From positions 11,408,001 through 11,472,000 of the forward strand of contig NC_045708.1 of the NCBI RefSeq assembly GCF_009834535.1: a stretch of DNA of 64,000 bases. The letters are read 5' to 3'. A model generated the notes under the pieces. It was not told the origin of the DNA and ran no database searches. It saw nothing but the letters and a program-made list of their open reading frames with translations. Of this stretch, positions 60,211 through 64,000 are shown in pieces (within the stretch, counting starts at the first letter, position 1; every line of letters starts with the position of its first letter). Made by a program: the position numbers and the translations under genes. The stretch comes from Camelus ferus. Lineage: Eukaryota.

Positions 60211-62121
60211 TTCCGGACTAAGACTTCAAAAATTAGAGTGAACTTAGTCAGAAGTAGAGATGGGGTTGGTTCCGGGGCATTAGACAAAAGTAGGTGAGAA
60301 GTGGGTCATGGGAGGGAACCAAGTCTGGAGCAGGCCCAGCCAAGCTAGGTAGCGGGAGCTAAAGCCTGGTTGAGGGTGGGTGGGCAGTGAGTGGGAAAGG
60401 GATTCATTTGCTCCTGCAGCTGGGGGCAGCCACAGAGGGGGGATGGAAGAGGGGGTACTCATACCAGCTGGCGCCACTGCCTCCTCCAACACTGCATGCC
60501 CATGGGGGTGACTCACTTGCCCTGGCTGCCAAGTGCGCATCGGGCAGATGTGTCTCTAGCTTGACCTGCCCCAGGAAGCCCCGGCCTGGCTCCTCCCCTG
60601 CAGAGGATGGAGGACAGATTTGGGTCACGAGAGGTGAAGGCAGTAGTGTCTTGGGATGATGTGGTTAGATGGGCCACCTTGGGGTTCGCAGAGGAGCCTG
60701 TAAGTGGGACAGTCACAGAGTGGGGGATGGGGACTCTGGCACCCTTAAACAAGGGACTCTGGGGTCTCCGATGACCAGACCACCTTGGAGATGCAGGAGA
60801 GCTCCTAGTATGTTCACACACATGTTCATCAAGTGTTTCTTTGCAGTCTAGCGTGTTCCAGACACGGGGACTCAATAGTGAACAAGCAGGCATGGTCCCT
60901 GCCCTCTGAGAACCCTGTCCTGCAGTTCTAGCAGGGGCTGGACCACCTCGCAGGGGTTCTGCAGAAATGATTCCTGTCTTGCAAGGGGAGCAGGACCAGA
61001 TTAACTCCAAAATCCCTTCCAGCTTAGAGATGCTGTGATTTAGCCATCCTGGGCACTCAGACTGTGGGCCAACGAGAGAAAGGGCAGTGGGAGGGGTGGC
61101 TCAGCCCTGGCTCTCTGACCTAGCAGCTGTGCGACCTTGAGAAAGCCACTCAACCTCTCGAGTCTCTCTTTCTTCATGTGTAAAATGAAGATAATAATAG
61201 TAATAGCAGCAATGATATTTAAAGCCAGCTCCATACCAGTCACTTCCCTAACATGTGAACTAATGCTTACAACTATTCTGTGAAGTGGGTACCATCTTTA
61301 TCTTCATTTTTGAGATGAGAAAGCTGAGGCACAGAGAGGTTAAGTAACTTGCCCCATGTCACACAGCCAGTGAGGAGTGGCAGAGCCAGGAAGCAGCCTA
61401 AACACTTTGGCCTTCATTTCAAAGGGCAATTGGGACAATTGAATGAGATTGTGCATGTGGAATACATAGGCGATGCTTGGTGTGTGAATTATTCATCATC
61501 ATCATCATTTTAAGGCTCTTTTCTGGCCCCATAGACAGCCTCAAGCATTCCCAAACCTGCCATCCACCAGGTGGCTGGGGAACAACCTCTGAGCCCTCCT
61601 GGGAGAAGAAGGAGATAAGAAAAGAGAAATTAGCACAGGCTGAACAGTCAGGGCAGGCTTCCTGGAGGAAGGGCACCAACCAGAGCCTTGAAGGGTGAGC
61701 ACAGGCAAGACCTTTAAGACTCCTCTCTATCTGTGGCAGTGAACTAAACTCTGTCCTCCCGCCTTCCGTTGAGTTGGAGATGACCCAGACTTGGTAAGGG
61801 GGCTTTGCCTTCCTGAGCGGGGATTCTTAGCGGGGAAGGATAAGGAGGAGTAATACACAGGCGTGCTGAGCCAGGCACTGGGTGTGGATGTGCAGCCAGG
61901 GTTGAGAACCACTGCCCTGGGTTGGAAGGGCAACTAGCTAACCCCTTGCTCAGCAGAGGTGGTCTAACAGAATGAGGAGGCTCGGGGCACCTGGGGGCCG
62001 GGAACCCTGAGTTTTGCTCCTAGTTCTGTCACCCATTGCTCTGTCATCTTGAGCAACTTTCTGCACCATCCTGGGCTTCAGTTTCCCTGTATGTACCCTG
62101 AAAATGTTGGCATAGCAGAGT

Positions 62122-62441
62122 CGTTATGGAACCAAACTTGGGTCTGCTCACCCGCCCACAGTAAAGCCAATCTACTGACCCCAGGTTGTGGTGAAGGAAA
62201 GTGCTGTTTATTGCAGGCGCCAAGCAAGGAGTCCAGACAGCTAGGGCTCAAAAGACCCCAACTCCCCGAAAGCTGTCAGGGAAGTCTTTAAAGACAGGGT
62301 GAGGGAAAGCGGTTGTAGGGGGCGTAATCAGCTCGAGGACATCCTTCTGATTGGTTGGTGGTGAGGTAATTGGGAGTCAATTTCATCAGCCTTCTGGTTC
62401 CAGCCCATCTGGGGTCTAAGTGCTTGTGGACAGCGTGCAGT
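62122..62441 (-). mobile_element. Partial ERV1-class LTR (R/U5 half), apparently the same family as 28985-29304
   Basis: gaaccaaacttgggtctgctcacc...gtaaagccaatctactgac...tttattgcagg (AATAAA on the minus strand)...ttctgattggttggtggtgaggtaa. Confidence 0.7.
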
Positions 62442-63640
62442 CTAGGACGTGGCCTTTTAGTCTAGTCCCTTCTCTTCTGGGCCTCAGTTTCCCCAGCAGT
62501 GAAACAAGGGCATGAGCTGAAGTGCTTCCAACTTTCATCCCAACTGTTCACACACACCCACTTCTTTCACCTTCCATCACCCCACGCTATAGATGTAGAC
62601 CCTGAGGCAGAGGGAGGCCAAATCACTCCCTTAAGGTCACACAGCTAGTGAGCAATAGGGCTGGGATTTGAACCAGACTGCCCAGCCCCAGAGTCCACAG
62701 GCTTAACCATCTTGCCGTGGCTCCATTGTGTTACTGCTCACATCAAGAACCATCGCTGGCTCCCTATTACATAGGGGAGAAATGAAAATGAGCTCTTTGC
62801 AGCCTGAGTTTACACTTGACCTCCTACGGCTCTGGAGTGGAAGCCCATCCCCCTCATCCTTGGCTCAGCTGCTTTCCTCTGGGAAGTCTTCTCCAGACAC
62901 AACCCACCCTCTCAACCTGCTTCCATCTATCCATTTCCTGCGCCCTAATTTACCTTAATAAACCCTTCCCCTGTCCCGGGCTGGTCGTTTTCCAAGACTC
63001 CCCCGTATATTATTGCACTTGAGCCTCACAATTGCCCGTGAGGTTGGTCGGGCAGGTGTCATTATCCCACTTTATAGCGCGAGGTTACTGAGCCCAGGGA
63101 GGCCAGGTCATTTACTCAAGGTGACCTGGCTGATGTGTGACCCAGCCCTGTCTAGAACCTGACTCCTGACCCTGGTCGTGGTGCCATCGAGCCCCCGGCT
63201 TCTTTGGGAGCCTCCTGGGCAGGGGCGCTTCCATCTTCATCAGGGGTCCCCTGGTATCACACAGGGCTTGTGCCAGTGAGGTGCAGGGGAGCTGGGCTGA
63301 AATACCCCAAGCCAGGGGCTGGGGCCTGGGAACTGGGTGGACTTTAACAACATCAAAGAAGGACCAGCGAAGGTGTTCAGCTTGAGCTTGTGGAGGCCTG
63401 GGGTCCGCGGAGCAGTTTGGGGTTGAGGGCAGGGTACTGGGGGCCCTTCGTACCCAACTCTATCTCCATCTCCACAAGTCTCTGTCTTCCTGGTTCTCCA
63501 TATCTCTTCATGTCTCCTTGTCTCTCTCTGTCTCCATGTCCCCATGCCTCTCTATCCAGGGTCTCTGTGTCCCCTGATGGTCTGGCTCACACACCAAGGG
63601 CACAGCAGGCCAGGGCCCTGGAAATTATAGCTTTGGTAGT

Positions 63641-63828
63641 AGGGTTACCAGATAAAATCCAGGATGCCTAGTTAAACCTGAAGTCCAGATAAACAATGAA
63701 TAATTTTTTGGTGTAAGCATGTCTGAAATATTGCATGGGCTATACCTAAACTAAAACACTTGTTTGCTGTTTATCCGAAATTCATGTCCAACTGCATGTT
63801 CTGTATTTTATGAAAGCTGGCGGCCCTG
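63641..63828. mobile_element. MER53 palindromic MITE, PADI3 intron 1
   Basis: agggttaccagataaaatccaggatgcctagttaaac...aatattgcatggg...tgtttatccgaaattc...ctgtattttat...ctggcggccct. Confidence 0.85.
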
Positions 63829-64000
63829 CTTGGGAGGGGACACAGGTGTTCCAGCCCCGCCTACCTGGTGAGGATCTCCGGCAGGGCCAAGCCCTGGAGT
63901 GGGAGCCCCCTGGGGGAGTACAGTTTGAGCTTCATTTATTTCTCTTTTTATAAAGAAGCCATGTCGAGAAGTGTCAGAATCTTGCTGGTGGAGGAATGAA

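Noticed and set aside
1-64000. CRISPR arrays, rRNA, prokaryotic operons or intact autonomous mobile elements
   Set aside because: The sequence is mammalian. No regularly spaced repeat-spacer array is present, and all L1, L2 and ERV pieces are truncated and interrupted by stops.

Overview
This is GC-rich mammalian genomic DNA. Three tRNA-derived SINEs matching the camelid Vic-1 family suggest alpaca, llama or camel. The window lies in the peptidylarginine deiminase (PADI) cluster. It holds a complete, intact 16-exon PADI1 gene on the + strand. The CDS runs 19763-55033; the exons sum to 1992 nt (663 aa plus stop), all introns are GT-AG, and catalytic D352/H472/D474/C645 are present. About 2 kb past the PADI1 poly(A) signal are the promoter and first coding exon of PADI3 (58911-59002), whose intron 1 runs off the window. 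The first ~19.6 kb is intergenic and repeat-rich (L1, L2, MIR, hAT MITEs, LTR pieces). There are two assembly gaps. The other ORFs in the six-frame track are chance open frames, repeat remnants or PADI exons extended into introns. I found no new protein-coding system. The most unexpected structures are: (i) an ~84%-identical, ungapped 100-bp inverted duplication ~3 kb upstream of PADI1 that I cannot assign to a known repeat; (ii) a 79-nt pre-miRNA-like hairpin formed by two tail-to-tail L2-type 3' ends in PADI1 intron 11; (iii) a near-consensus CTCF site in the same intron; and (iv) several AP-1 and octamer motif doublets or clusters that could regulate PADI1/PADI3 in skin and fibre follicles. 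Repeat family names and comparisons with human proteins come from recalled consensus sequences, not database searches.
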